Of a stretch of 64,000 bases of DNA, positions 8,624 to 18,174 are shown piece by piece; positions within the stretch are counted from its first letter, which is position 1, and each line of letters begins with the position of its first letter. Origin of the DNA: Candidatus Magasanikiibacteriota bacterium (GTDB taxonomy: Bacteria; Patescibacteriota; Patescibacteriia; Magasanikbacterales; UBA922); the NCBI GenBank assembly GCA_041674805.1, contig JBAYVA010000001.1, forward strand, positions 390,612 to 454,611. The letters are read 5' to 3'. The notes under the pieces were generated by a model. It was not told the DNA's origin. It saw nothing but the letters and a program-made list of their open reading frames with translations, and searched no databases. A program made the translations under genes and the position numbers.

Positions 8624-11600
8624 ATGCAATCTCTTATGCTAGAAATACCACGTTATTCTCCTTTTGACACTCCCAAAAGTAATGATGAGCTATATATAGA
8701 AATAGAAAATATTCTAAATAATCTAGAAGCAACTCTGGCTATTTTTGAATTGGAACAAGACAAAACCAAAGCCAGACAAGTAGGAATTTTAATTTACGAA
8801 CTAAAAAATCAACAAACTTTAATCAATGCCGAAAATCACAAAAAAGTTGGAAAATTGACTAAGCGAGAAAAAATAGAAAATTTACTTTCACAAGCCAGAG
8901 AGATTTTGCAAGGCAATGAATCATCCCTGTCAAGATTTGATCTAGAAAGAGAAAGTGAAATATCGCACATTCCCCTACCACCCGAAGAACTAGAAGCTAA
9001 ATATTTTAGCAAAGAAGATATTGCCGTTTCAAATGCTCTACTTGCTTTCAACATCACTGAACTTTTTTCAGAAGAAGAATTTGAAACACGAATTATTATT
9101 GATTCGAAACAAACTGGCAAAAATGACAATCACAAAATTCAAGAAGCGGTAGAACTAGTCACAGATTTTTTGATTGATAATCAGACCCTTAATTATTTTT
9201 GTGAAAATGCTGAATTTGCTACCACTCAAACAGCAATCAACATGCCACCAGATTTACTTTGGATAAAAGAAAAGAATCCCGCAGTTTGGCAAGCTATCAA
9301 TACTTTAGTCAAAAGTAAAAAAGGTCCAGAATTTTTGAGACTACTCGCTGGTCAACCGACCCACAATACAGCAGTAGAAGAAACTGATCAATATGATCTC
9401 ATGGCAAAAGAGTCTCTAGATGCTTCTCCCAATATTTTGAGTCTAGCCATAAATATATCAAGACAAAGATTGAAAAGTAGTGCAAGACAAGATTTGAGTG
9501 AAGCTGAAAAAAATGTTTTGGTGAATCTTTATGGTGCAGATTTTCTAAAAGACGCTGAAGAAGAAAGAGCCCGAGATATTATTTTTACACAATTACTTGC
9601 TCAGATTTTGAATGAAGATAAAAATGAAAAAAATAATGAGTCAATAATTCAACTTATTGATATGTTAGAATGGAGAGATATACAAAAAATGTTAAAAAAT
9701 AATGATTTGAAAAATTTTGAAAGTATTCTAAAACGTATAGCAGAATACCTACCAAATATGACAGACGAACAAGTGAAAATGGTGTTAGAAAAAATGAATA
9801 CTATCACAAAAGAAGCATTAGCTGAACCTGATAAAATACAAAAAAGAAAAGATGACGCACAAAAAAGAAAGGAAAAATTAGAACAAGACCTAGAAGAAGC
9901 ACAAAAAAATGGTGATAAAAAAATTCTAATGTTTTTAACATTAGGATTCTTTGGTTCAAGAGAGAGACGAATACCAGCAACTACAGAAAAAATTGAAGAT
10001 GTAGGAATAAAATTTTTAGAAGAAAGAAAAAATTATCAAACATCTCTAAAATTGTTATTCCTTCTATTAAAGCACAACGGGAATATTGCCAAAGAATTAA
10101 CAAAAAAAGAAGATTGGGAAAAAAGAAACAAAGAATTCGCAGATTTTTGTATCCAAATATTATATCTTTACTCTAAATTACAAAAATATCCTTCATATCG
10201 TGAAGATACCAAAGATGGTAATATAAACAATTTTGATGGTTTTGTAACAAGTTATATAAAAGTAACTACTGAATCTAAATTACCTACAGATAAAGAATTA
10301 AATTTAAATGGAGCTTCACTTGTTGGTGCAGATTTCAGAAAAGCAGACTTATCCAAAATAAATTTGGAAGGTGCTGATGTTACAAATGCTAATTTTGAAG
10401 GTGCAGATTTTAGCAAGATGACTAACAAACAAATAGAAGGAGCAAAGTTTAATAGAGAAGATGATAATATTCCTAAGTGGATCAAATATGGTTTAGATGA
10501 AGAAGGAAAGTTTTCAAAACAAAAACTACAAGAAACTATTAGAGAGAAATCTAAAACAGAAACTATAGACTTACAAGATGCTAAACTGATGGGACTAGAT
10601 TTATCAAATTTAAATTTATCAAATGCTAATTTTAGAAACTCAAATTTAAGTAGAGTAATATTTACAAATACAATTTTGATGGGTGCTGACTTTAGAGGTG
10701 CTCATATAGAAAGTTTACAATTAGCAAACACAAATCTAGAAGGTGCCAAATTTGATAAAGAAACCATTAACCCATTTAAAAAAACAAAACTAGCCAACGA
10801 ATCTAACTATAGACCAGAAAGTGTACCGAAATGGATCCAGCAGGCATTAGATACAGAAGGAAAATTTTCAAAAAAAATATTAGCTGATAATATCAAAAAA
10901 GATAAAAAGGGAGAAATAAAATTAAACAATGCAGATCTATCAGGATTATCATTGAATGGCGTAGATTTTTCTGGAAGAGAAATCACTGGTACAAAATTTA
11001 TCGGTACAAATCTAGAAGAATCCAAATGGAATAATTGTATATTAACTAATGTTGATTTTAGTGATGCAAACTTATACGAGGCTGATTTCAGAAGCACAAG
11101 CTTCAAAAATGTTAATCTTGAAGGTGCAAGATTTGAAACAATAAAAATAAAAGATTCAAATAATATTCCACCTTGGATACGATATGGTTTGGATAATCCA
11201 GGACGTTCAGGAAAATATTCCAAAAAAGACTTAATAGAATATATAAAAAGACATAGCACTCTAAATCTGAGAAATGCTGACCTGCCAGGGATTGATTTAA
11301 GTAAATTTGAATTAAATGGTGCATTATTCAGCGGTGCAAATTTAGAAGGAGCAATTTTTACTAATTGTTTATTGAAAAAAACAGAATTTGCATCTGCACA
11401 ATTAGAAAATGCTAGCTTCAGAGGTTCAATTCTAGAAGAATCCGACTTTGCCAATGCAAATTTACGTGGAGCAAATTTTAGTGGTGCTGACTTAAAAGAT
11501 GTAAAAAACTTAGATGGAGCCTATACCCCCGTACGCGTTGGTATTCAAAGAGAAACTGAATATTTTAATTCAAATTTAGTTGGTGCAAACTTCTCAAATG

Positions 11601-11659
11601 CAAAAAATATACCACCACACATCCAAGAACGATTAGACGAAAACGGTATATACCACTAA
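8624..11659 (+). CDS. Large pentapeptide-repeat protein with helical N-terminal region
   Basis: A(D/N)LxxAxF-type pentapeptide tracts in the C-terminal half; ATG 8624 preferred over TTG 8600. Confidence 0.85.
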   Translation: MQSLMLEIPRYSPFDTPKSNDELYIEIENILNNLEATLAIFELEQDKTKARQVGILIYELKNQQTLINAENHKKVGKLTKREKIENLLSQAREILQGNESSLSRFDLERESEISHIPLPPEELEAKYFSKEDIAVSNALLAFNITELFSEEEFETRIIIDSKQTGKNDNHKIQEAVELVTDFLIDNQTLNYFCENAEFATTQTAINMPPDLLWIKEKNPAVWQAINTLVKSKKGPEFLRLLAGQPTHNTAVEETDQYDLMAKESLDASPNILSLAINISRQRLKSSARQDLSEAEKNVLVNLYGADFLKDAEEERARDIIFTQLLAQILNEDKNEKNNESIIQLIDMLEWRDIQKMLKNNDLKNFESILKRIAEYLPNMTDEQVKMVLEKMNTITKEALAEPDKIQKRKDDAQKRKEKLEQDLEEAQKNGDKKILMFLTLGFFGSRERRIPATTEKIEDVGIKFLEERKNYQTSLKLLFLLLKHNGNIAKELTKKEDWEKRNKEFADFCIQILYLYSKLQKYPSYREDTKDGNINNFDGFVTSYIKVTTESKLPTDKELNLNGASLVGADFRKADLSKINLEGADVTNANFEGADFSKMTNKQIEGAKFNREDDNIPKWIKYGLDEEGKFSKQKLQETIREKSKTETIDLQDAKLMGLDLSNLNLSNANFRNSNLSRVIFTNTILMGADFRGAHIESLQLANTNLEGAKFDKETINPFKKTKLANESNYRPESVPKWIQQALDTEGKFSKKILADNIKKDKKGEIKLNNADLSGLSLNGVDFSGREITGTKFIGTNLEESKWNNCILTNVDFSDANLYEADFRSTSFKNVNLEGARFETIKIKDSNNIPPWIRYGLDNPGRSGKYSKKDLIEYIKRHSTLNLRNADLPGIDLSKFELNGALFSGANLEGAIFTNCLLKKTEFASAQLENASFRGSILEESDFANANLRGANFSGADLKDVKNLDGAYTPVRVGIQRETEYFNSNLVGANFSNAKNIPPHIQERLDENGIYH

Positions 11660-11666
11660 AAACCTC

Positions 11667-11700
11667 CACAAAAAAGCCTTGTCTAAAGGCTTTTTTTGTG
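11667..11700 (+). terminator. Intrinsic terminator-like hairpin
   Basis: CACAAAAAAGCCTT-gtcta-AAGGCTTTTTTTGTG just after the stop codon. Confidence 0.7.
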
Positions 11701-11779
11701 CTAAACTAGATTTATTAGTTAAATATAGATATTCTTGTAAGTATTTATTATTTTTGTTAAAGAAGTTTTGACTTGAAAA

Positions 11780-11812
11780 AGATCCCTCGTCGTATTCTCG
11801 ACTCAGGATGAC
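11780..11812. repeat. AGATCC...CTCAGGATGAC REP-like element
   Basis: Its reverse complement aligns with 42186-42220. Confidence 0.7.
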
Positions 11813-11822
11813 GAATACCCTT

Positions 11823-12953
11823 ATGCTAATACCTTTAGAATCACTAAATCTACTCAGACAGGCCATTTTCTTTGGTCTGGTTTCTTGTGTTTTAGCTTTT
11901 CTTTGGGCTCCACTTTTAACCAAATTAATGTACAAATACAAGCTGACTAGATGTCCGGAATATGATGCTACTCTAGCCATGGGAGCAAGAAAAAGCAAAA
12001 TAGGTGTGCCAGTCATGGGAGGTCTTCTCGTCATTGTGACTGTTGCTGTCATCACAATTGCTTTCAACTGGGAAAGAAAATTCACTTGGGTACCAATTGG
12101 CGTCATGCTTCTCGCTGCCCTACTTGGTGGTATTGATGACGTCATGAATATCTACGGACACAAAAGACGCAGTCGCAAACTCAAACAAATTTTGACACTT
12201 ATCAAAGTCCACAAAGATTGGAAAATGCGTGTCTGGTATGCTCTCACTTTACCTTGGTCAATCTTCAAACGTACTTCTACTTTTCTTTCACGTCATCCTG
12301 GCAAAGGTATTCACGTTCATGAAAAATTATTATTGCAATTCTTGGCTGGAACCATTACCGCTTGGTGGATTTATTTCAAACTTGGTGAAAGCTGGCGCGA
12401 AATCCACATTCCTTTTGATGGCTTCATCAATATTGGTTGGTGGATCATTCCTCTGATTATCTTCTTCGTCATGTTTACTGCCAATGCGGTCAATGTCGCC
12501 GATGGTATGGATGGACTTGCAGGAGGATCTCTGATTATCACTTTTGCTGTCCTCACTATTCTCAGTTGGTTGGCAGGTTTCAAAGAAATGGCTTTTCTAA
12601 ACGCCACCACTGTTGGTGCGCTACTTACTTATACTTATTTCAATATCAAACCAGCTCGTTTCCAGATGGGCGATGTTGGCTCACTCGGGCTAGGGTCTTT
12701 GCTGGCTATCAATACCATAGTTCTCAATCAAATGTTACTTTTGCCTTTATTTGGTTTTATTTTTTATGTAGAAATTTTAAGTGTTGTCATCCAAATTTTT
12801 GGTCGCCAACTCTTGGGCAGAAGAATTTTCAAGATGGCACCAATACATTATCACTTCGAAATGCGTGGCTGGAATGAAGAAAAGACTGTGATGCGTTTCT
12901 GGCTTATTCATGCGGCGTTTGTGTTGCTTGGACTTTGGATATCACTTTATTAA
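11823..12953 (+). CDS. mraY: Phospho-N-acetylmuramoyl-pentapeptide transferase (MraY)
   Basis: GVPVMGG, GGIDD, NAVNVADGMDGLA, FQMGDVGSL, IFKMAPIHYHFE. The start may instead be 11808. Confidence 0.88.
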   Translation: MLIPLESLNLLRQAIFFGLVSCVLAFLWAPLLTKLMYKYKLTRCPEYDATLAMGARKSKIGVPVMGGLLVIVTVAVITIAFNWERKFTWVPIGVMLLAALLGGIDDVMNIYGHKRRSRKLKQILTLIKVHKDWKMRVWYALTLPWSIFKRTSTFLSRHPGKGIHVHEKLLLQFLAGTITAWWIYFKLGESWREIHIPFDGFINIGWWIIPLIIFFVMFTANAVNVADGMDGLAGGSLIITFAVLTILSWLAGFKEMAFLNATTVGALLTYTYFNIKPARFQMGDVGSLGLGSLLAINTIVLNQMLLLPLFGFIFYVEILSVVIQIFGRQLLGRRIFKMAPIHYHFEMRGWNEEKTVMRFWLIHAAFVLLGLWISLY

Positions 12954-12990
12954 GCAAAATAAGTTTATAAGCAGAATAGGCAGAATAACT
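12951..12990. repeat. Solo 9-nt repeat arm beginning at the mraY stop codon
   Basis: taagcaaaa-taagttta-taagcagaa-taggcagaa-taac. Confidence 0.55.
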
Positions 12991-12993
12991 ATT

Positions 12994-13293
12994 ATGAAAA
13001 TAAAAAAATCTTTTTTCAATATTTTTATTATATTATCAATTGTTATTTTTGTTTTTATTGGATACGAAATGATTAGAGTTAAAAATAGTGATCATAATGT
13101 GTTTCAAAGATGCCGATATAGATTTTTTTATGAACATTGGCAATGTATATCAGAGAAATTTAAAGAAAAAAATCATTGCAATATAATACAAAATAAAAAT
13201 TTTTGTTCAATAAACCCTGGTTGCTCTTGGCTATCTTGTTCTGCTTATGGTTACAGTGTATGTGATAAAAAAGGCACTCCAATACCCTGTTAA
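12994..13293 (+). CDS. Small membrane-anchored cysteine-rich protein
   Basis: MKIKKSFF followed by a hydrophobic helix and 8 Cys; ATG 12994 avoids overlap with mraY. Confidence 0.6.
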   Translation: MKIKKSFFNIFIILSIVIFVFIGYEMIRVKNSDHNVFQRCRYRFFYEHWQCISEKFKEKNHCNIIQNKNFCSINPGCSWLSCSAYGYSVCDKKGTPIPC

Positions 13294-13305
13294 TAAATCT
13301 TAAAT

Positions 13306-13971
13306 ATGAACAAGTATTTAAAATGGAACGAACAAACAATCCAAGATTTTTCTCCCGAAAACATCAATAGTCTTTACAACCAAGGCTATGTTTTTACTAG
13401 AGTGGAAAAAGGTATGATGAACCAAACCAGAAGTCTAAGAATTGATTTGTCTAAATTTGAATTGTCATCTGAAAATAGAAGAGTCTTGCGCAAAGCAGAA
13501 AATTTAAAACTTGAAATAAAAGATTTACCGACGTCAGATTATCATTGGACTCTTGGCAAATTGGCCAAAGATTTTTATGATACCAAATTTGGCGATGGAG
13601 TATTTTCAGCCAACAAAGTAAAAGAGATCCTAACAACACAACAAAATTTCAACAAACTTTTTGTTTACAAAGTTGCAGAAAAAAAAATTGGTTACACTAT
13701 TTGTTTTGAATCTGCAGAAATGTTGCATTATAGCTATCCATTCTATAACCTAGAACCTAACACCCAAAACCCAATACCTAGTCTTGGCATGTCGATGATG
13801 CTGAGTGCAATTGTCTACGCACAAGAAAATAACAAAAAATATATTTATCTTGGTTCAGCTCAACGTCCGACAGATATTTATAAATTGCAATTCAAAGGAT
13901 TAGAGTGGTTTGATGGTGAGAAATGGAGTGAAGATTTGGAGGAGTTGAAAAGTATTTTGAAAGCAAAATAA
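13306..13971 (+). CDS. Aminoacyl-tRNA--protein transferase-like (Ate/Bpt-like GNAT fold)
   Basis: RIDLSKFELSSENRRVLRK, YPFY, SLG...YAQ...YIYLG follow the Ate/Bpt pattern; the N-terminal Cys motifs are absent. Confidence 0.7.
   Translation: MNKYLKWNEQTIQDFSPENINSLYNQGYVFTRVEKGMMNQTRSLRIDLSKFELSSENRRVLRKAENLKLEIKDLPTSDYHWTLGKLAKDFYDTKFGDGVFSANKVKEILTTQQNFNKLFVYKVAEKKIGYTICFESAEMLHYSYPFYNLEPNTQNPIPSLGMSMMLSAIVYAQENNKKYIYLGSAQRPTDIYKLQFKGLEWFDGEKWSEDLEELKSILKAK
13747..13781. repeat. 7-nt degenerate tandem repeat in frame
   Basis: aacctag-aacctaa-cacccaa-aacccaa-tacctag, encoding NLEPNTQNPIPS. Confidence 0.75.
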
Positions 13972-13995
13972 AAAAAATAATCTAACAAAATAATT

Positions 13996-14742
13996 ATGAA
14001 TGAAGAAAACACAACTACTAATAAAACATTCAGAATATATAATAGCGTAATAATATTTGATATTCTTTGGTTGTCAACAACATTAATAATTACACTGTTT
14101 TTATTTTCCTCAACATTTAATATAACAAGTATTTTTTTAGGTATTTTTTCTTTAGCCTTTACTATATTCATGATTATAAAAATAATAAAAGATGCCTCAT
14201 ATAAAATAATTTTAGATAATAATATATTAAAAGAATACAATTATTCTGCACCTACTTTAAGAAGTATAGAAATAAAAGATATAACACATATTTCTCAAGT
14301 AGAGTACTCTGTATTAGAAGAAATAAAACAAGATAAAAACAATTCACCTTTTATACAAATAATCAATCAAATATTATCAAAAATTTTTACATTATTACTT
14401 AAAAAGTCTACAGAGCATACAGACATGCCTATGTTTGTACTTCAAGGTAATTTCAAAATCTCAAGATTTCCATCAGTTCCTGTTAATATAAAATTAATAC
14501 AAAGACTCATTGAATTGAATCCATCTATTATAGTAGACAAAAAATTAAGAAGGTGGTTACCAAAAAAACTTCAAAAGCAATTAAACATGCACCCTACAAA
14601 ACTAGAATATACATTTGAAATTATTGGAAAAATACTAATATCCATACTAATTGTCTTAATAATATTATGGGCAATTCCACTAACTTTTTTTTTACTAGAT
14701 AAAATTGGAATTTTAAATACTATACAAAATTTGATAAAATAG
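13996..14742 (+). CDS. Hypothetical membrane protein
   Basis: Three hydrophobic segments; very AT-rich. Confidence 0.65.
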   Translation: MNEENTTTNKTFRIYNSVIIFDILWLSTTLIITLFLFSSTFNITSIFLGIFSLAFTIFMIIKIIKDASYKIILDNNILKEYNYSAPTLRSIEIKDITHISQVEYSVLEEIKQDKNNSPFIQIINQILSKIFTLLLKKSTEHTDMPMFVLQGNFKISRFPSVPVNIKLIQRLIELNPSIIVDKKLRRWLPKKLQKQLNMHPTKLEYTFEIIGKILISILIVLIILWAIPLTFFLLDKIGILNTIQNLIK

Positions 14743-14776
14743 CTGAATCTGCTGATTTTTCTAAATAGTTTTAATT

Positions 14777-16180
14777 ATGCAAAAACAAAAACATATACAT
14801 TTCATCGGCATCTGCGGAGTAGCAATGAGTGCCCTCGCAATCGCTTTCCACAAACGCGGATATACAGTTACTGGAAGCGATAAAGGCTTCTATCCTCCAG
14901 TTTCAACTTATCTAAAAGATGCAGGTGTACCTTATTATCCAGGTTGGCACGTTGAAAAAATGACGAAAAACGGCGATCCAGATTTGATAATCGTCGGCAA
15001 TGTTGCAGGCTCAAACAATCCCGAATGGATGTACACCCAAGAAAAAAAACTAAACTACAAATCTTATCCAGAAGCTATTGCTGAATTTTTTGTCAAAGAA
15101 AATTCTATTGTCTGCGCGGGAACATTTGGTAAGACTACGACTACTTCCCTACTCGCTTGGATTTTGCAAGAAAATGATTTTGATCCAAGCTATATGTTTG
15201 GTGGTATTAGTCTAAACGATATGCCAGCAGCCAAATTGACTGACTCAAAATATTCTGTGCTTGAAGGTGATGAATACAAAAGTGCTCGTTGGGATGATGG
15301 TGCCAAATTTTTTCACTACTCACCTACTCACCTACTTTTGACTTCTGTAGTTTGGGATCATGCTGATGTCTATCCAACAGAACAATCTTATTTCACAGCT
15401 TTTGAAAAACTACTCAGCAACTTACCAGAATCTGGACTGCTCGTAACTAGCGAAAGAGTAAAAAAAGAAATGTTAGATTTTGCTAAATGCAAAATTATCA
15501 CTTACGGCAAAGATGCAAAAAATGATTATGTTTACCAAAATGTGACAGTAAACAAAACAGAAATAAAATTTGAAATAAAATATCAAGACCAAATTTTCCA
15601 AATCAATTCTCCTTTGCTTGGTGAATATTTGGTTGATAATATGACAGCTACTTTTGCCATGGCACACCAACTTGGTCTAGCACCTGACAAAATTATTCAA
15701 ACTACAAATACTTACAAAAATGTCAAAAGACGCTTGGAAAAAAGACTGGCTCTAGATATTACAGTCTTAGACGACATAGCTCATTCTCCACAAAAAGCTT
15801 CTTCTGTTTTGCAAACTCTAAAAAATATTTATTATGATGGCAAAGTAATAGCCATCTTTGAACCAAACTCAGGCAACAGACAAAAAGAAGCAATACCAGG
15901 CTATGATAACAAATTTTCTGATGCTGATTTAGTCATTATTCCCAAACTGACAGTAATCAAACAAACACCTGAAGAAGAAAAAGCTATTGAAGGAGAAGAA
16001 CTAACTGAAATAATTCGTAAGACACAAAAAAATGTAAAATATATTGATAATGATAATGAACTTGTTGATTATGTTGTCAAAATTGCTAAACCAAATGATG
16101 TGATTGCTTTCTTAGGTAGTCATGGCTTTCGTAATATGATTGAAGCAGTAGTAAAAGGCTTGAAAGGCTTAAAAAGCTAG
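14777..16180 (+). CDS. Mur ligase, Mpl/MurC-like
   Basis: HIHFIGICGVAMSALA, AGTFGKTTTT, EGDEY, WDHADVY, DDIAHSP. Confidence 0.88.
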   Translation: MQKQKHIHFIGICGVAMSALAIAFHKRGYTVTGSDKGFYPPVSTYLKDAGVPYYPGWHVEKMTKNGDPDLIIVGNVAGSNNPEWMYTQEKKLNYKSYPEAIAEFFVKENSIVCAGTFGKTTTTSLLAWILQENDFDPSYMFGGISLNDMPAAKLTDSKYSVLEGDEYKSARWDDGAKFFHYSPTHLLLTSVVWDHADVYPTEQSYFTAFEKLLSNLPESGLLVTSERVKKEMLDFAKCKIITYGKDAKNDYVYQNVTVNKTEIKFEIKYQDQIFQINSPLLGEYLVDNMTATFAMAHQLGLAPDKIIQTTNTYKNVKRRLEKRLALDITVLDDIAHSPQKASSVLQTLKNIYYDGKVIAIFEPNSGNRQKEAIPGYDNKFSDADLVIIPKLTVIKQTPEEEKAIEGEELTEIIRKTQKNVKYIDNDNELVDYVVKIAKPNDVIAFLGSHGFRNMIEAVVKGLKGLKS

Positions 16181-16260
16181 AAAAGCCTGAAAGGCACAAT
16201 CAAAAATAATTCAAAAAAGCCTTTTAAGCCTTTCTGGCATTTCAGGCTTTTCCAGCATTT
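16153..16260. repeat. Empty inverted pair of 9-nt repeat arms
   Basis: Left arm aaaggcttg-aaaggctta-aaaagctag-aaaagcctg-aaaggc overlaps the ligase C-terminus and stop. The complementary right arm ends 6 nt before the next ATG. Confidence 0.85.
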
Positions 16261-16266
16261 GATTAT

Positions 16267-16821
16267 ATGAAAATTCCAAAAAACGCCAAAAAAGTTTTCA
16301 CCGGAGTTCTCTTCGATGTTTATCAATGGCCTCAAAAAATGTTTGATGGTACTTTTAAGACTTTTGAAAAACTATCAAGAAAACATAGTATACAAGTACT
16401 AGCAGTTACTACAGACAAAAAAATTATTGTTTTGAAAGAACAACATCCAGATATCAAACCTTTTTATGGTGTGATTGGTGGAGGACAAGAAGGCAAAGAA
16501 ACTCCACTACAAACTGCCAAAAGAGAACTACAAGAAGAAACAGGCTATACTGCAAAAAAATGGGAATTGATTGATAAGGAAACTCCTTCTAGCAAATTGG
16601 ACTGGACACTATACACATATCTAGCAAAAGATGCTGAAAAAACTCATGAACAAAAACTAGATTCAGGTGAAAAAGTAGAAGTCATGAAAGTAAGTTTTAC
16701 TGAGTTCATGAAATATGCTACTAATCACAATTTCATGTCTACTGGTCTTAGCTTTTATCTTCTCAAATTGAACTATCACAAAAAACTTGGGGAATTCAAG
16801 AAAAAACTTTTAAATAAATAA
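16267..16821 (+). CDS. NUDIX hydrolase
   Basis: GGGQEGKETPLQTAKRELQEETG Nudix box. Confidence 0.9.
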   Translation: MKIPKNAKKVFTGVLFDVYQWPQKMFDGTFKTFEKLSRKHSIQVLAVTTDKKIIVLKEQHPDIKPFYGVIGGGQEGKETPLQTAKRELQEETGYTAKKWELIDKETPSSKLDWTLYTYLAKDAEKTHEQKLDSGEKVEVMKVSFTEFMKYATNHNFMSTGLSFYLLKLNYHKKLGEFKKKLLNK

Positions 16822-16913
16822 TTCAGTTTAAATCTGTTTGAATCAATGCAAAAAAAACAGACTCTCTTCAGAGTCTGCGTAAATCCGCGTTATTTTCCGC
16901 GTAAGTCAGCTTC

Positions 16914-17078
16914 CTACTTACCTTCATCCACAATTTCAGCCAAAACATTTTCACCTTCCATATCAGTAATCATCAAAGTTATACCACACATATCACACTC
17001 TACAATGTTTTCTACTTCCAAATTTGGATAATTTACCAAATCAACTTCATTTTTACATTCTGGACAAACTAATTTCAT
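16914..17078 (-). CDS. LysW-like zinc-ribbon small protein (54 aa, not in the ORF track)
   Basis: Manual translation MKLVCPECKNEVDLVNYPNLEVENIVECDMCGITLMITDMEGENVLAEIVDEGK*; two CxxC pairs and an acidic tail. Confidence 0.75.
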   Translation of the reverse strand: MKLVCPECKNEVDLVNYPNLEVENIVECDMCGITLMITDMEGENVLAEIVDEGK

Positions 17079-17170
17079 ATTTATTTAATTATTTGATTTA
17101 AAATTAGACATAAGATAGAATACTACATATAGTTCAAAAAATCAAGTTTTACACTTTTAAATTAAATCAC

Positions 17171-17210
17171 AGGTCACATCCGTAAATCTGGATTATCCGG
17201 ATATCCGAAT
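17171..17210. repeat. ATCCG-type repeat arm (copy 1)
   Basis: aggtcacatccgtaaatctggattatccggatatccg, closely similar to 46909-46948. Confidence 0.8.
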
Positions 17211-17215
17211 TTTTT

Positions 17216-18115
17216 ATGAAAACCCCCCAACCAACATTCACCGAGCTAAACAAAACACTCGGTATCGACGTCTACCTCAAACGTGAAGACGAACACAAGT
17301 ATTCTTCACACAAAGGTCGTTCTATTCCACTCATGGTCAAAAAGTATAACAAAGAAGAAGACATCACAAACTTTGTAATTTCTTCTTCCGGCAATGCAGC
17401 CATCGCCGCTATACACACTATCCAAGCTCACAACAAAAATAATGATAAAAATTTAACATTAAAAATTTTTGTTGGCAAAAATATTGATAAACAAAAATTG
17501 AAAGTTTTGCAAGCAATTATCGAAGACAAAAATATTTCTCTTGAGCAAGTAGAAAGACCAAAACAAACAGCTTTTGCTCTCGACAAAGAAAATAAAGCCA
17601 AAAATTTACGACAATCCACCGATGATAATGCCCTTACAGGTTACTATGAACTAGCCGAGGAATTAAACAATATCCCAAACTTGCAAGCAATACTTGTACC
17701 AACATCTTCTGGCACTACAGCCCAAGGACTTGGTATGGCTTTTGACACAATACCCGCTTCCAAATTTGGTGGTCAACAACATCCCCAAATTCATATTGTA
17801 CAAACAACTAGTTGTCACCCGATTGCTGAAGAATTTGATAAAAAGTTTGAAAACACAGAGACATCCCTAGCAAGTGCTATCGTCGACAACATTGCTCACC
17901 GCAAAGAAAAAGTCATAGAACAAATAAAAAAATCCAGCGGATCTGGCTGGATAGTGACTGACGAAGATTTGAAAAATGTAGTGAATATGCTAGAAGAAAA
18001 CTGCAAAATAAAAATTTCTTATAATTCTGCTTTGTCAGTTGCCGGGCTTATCAAAGCAATGAATAACGGCTGGAAATTTGAGGGAGCGGTGGTGTGTTTG
18101 ATTACAGGAATGTAA
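17216..18115 (+). CDS. PLP-dependent fold-type II enzyme (threonine/cysteine synthase-like)
   Basis: VYLKRED...SHKGRS (PLP Lys), SSSGNAA, VPTSSGTT. Confidence 0.82.
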   Translation: MKTPQPTFTELNKTLGIDVYLKREDEHKYSSHKGRSIPLMVKKYNKEEDITNFVISSSGNAAIAAIHTIQAHNKNNDKNLTLKIFVGKNIDKQKLKVLQAIIEDKNISLEQVERPKQTAFALDKENKAKNLRQSTDDNALTGYYELAEELNNIPNLQAILVPTSSGTTAQGLGMAFDTIPASKFGGQQHPQIHIVQTTSCHPIAEEFDKKFENTETSLASAIVDNIAHRKEKVIEQIKKSSGSGWIVTDEDLKNVVNMLEENCKIKISYNSALSVAGLIKAMNNGWKFEGAVVCLITGM

Positions 18116-18174
18116 ACTAGAATAACACAAATATCTGTTCACATCTGAAAATCCTTATTATCTGTATATCAGTA

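Noticed and set aside
16846-17031. 61-aa plus-strand ORF
   Set aside because: It overlaps repeat DNA and is antisense to the better supported CxxC...CxxC protein.
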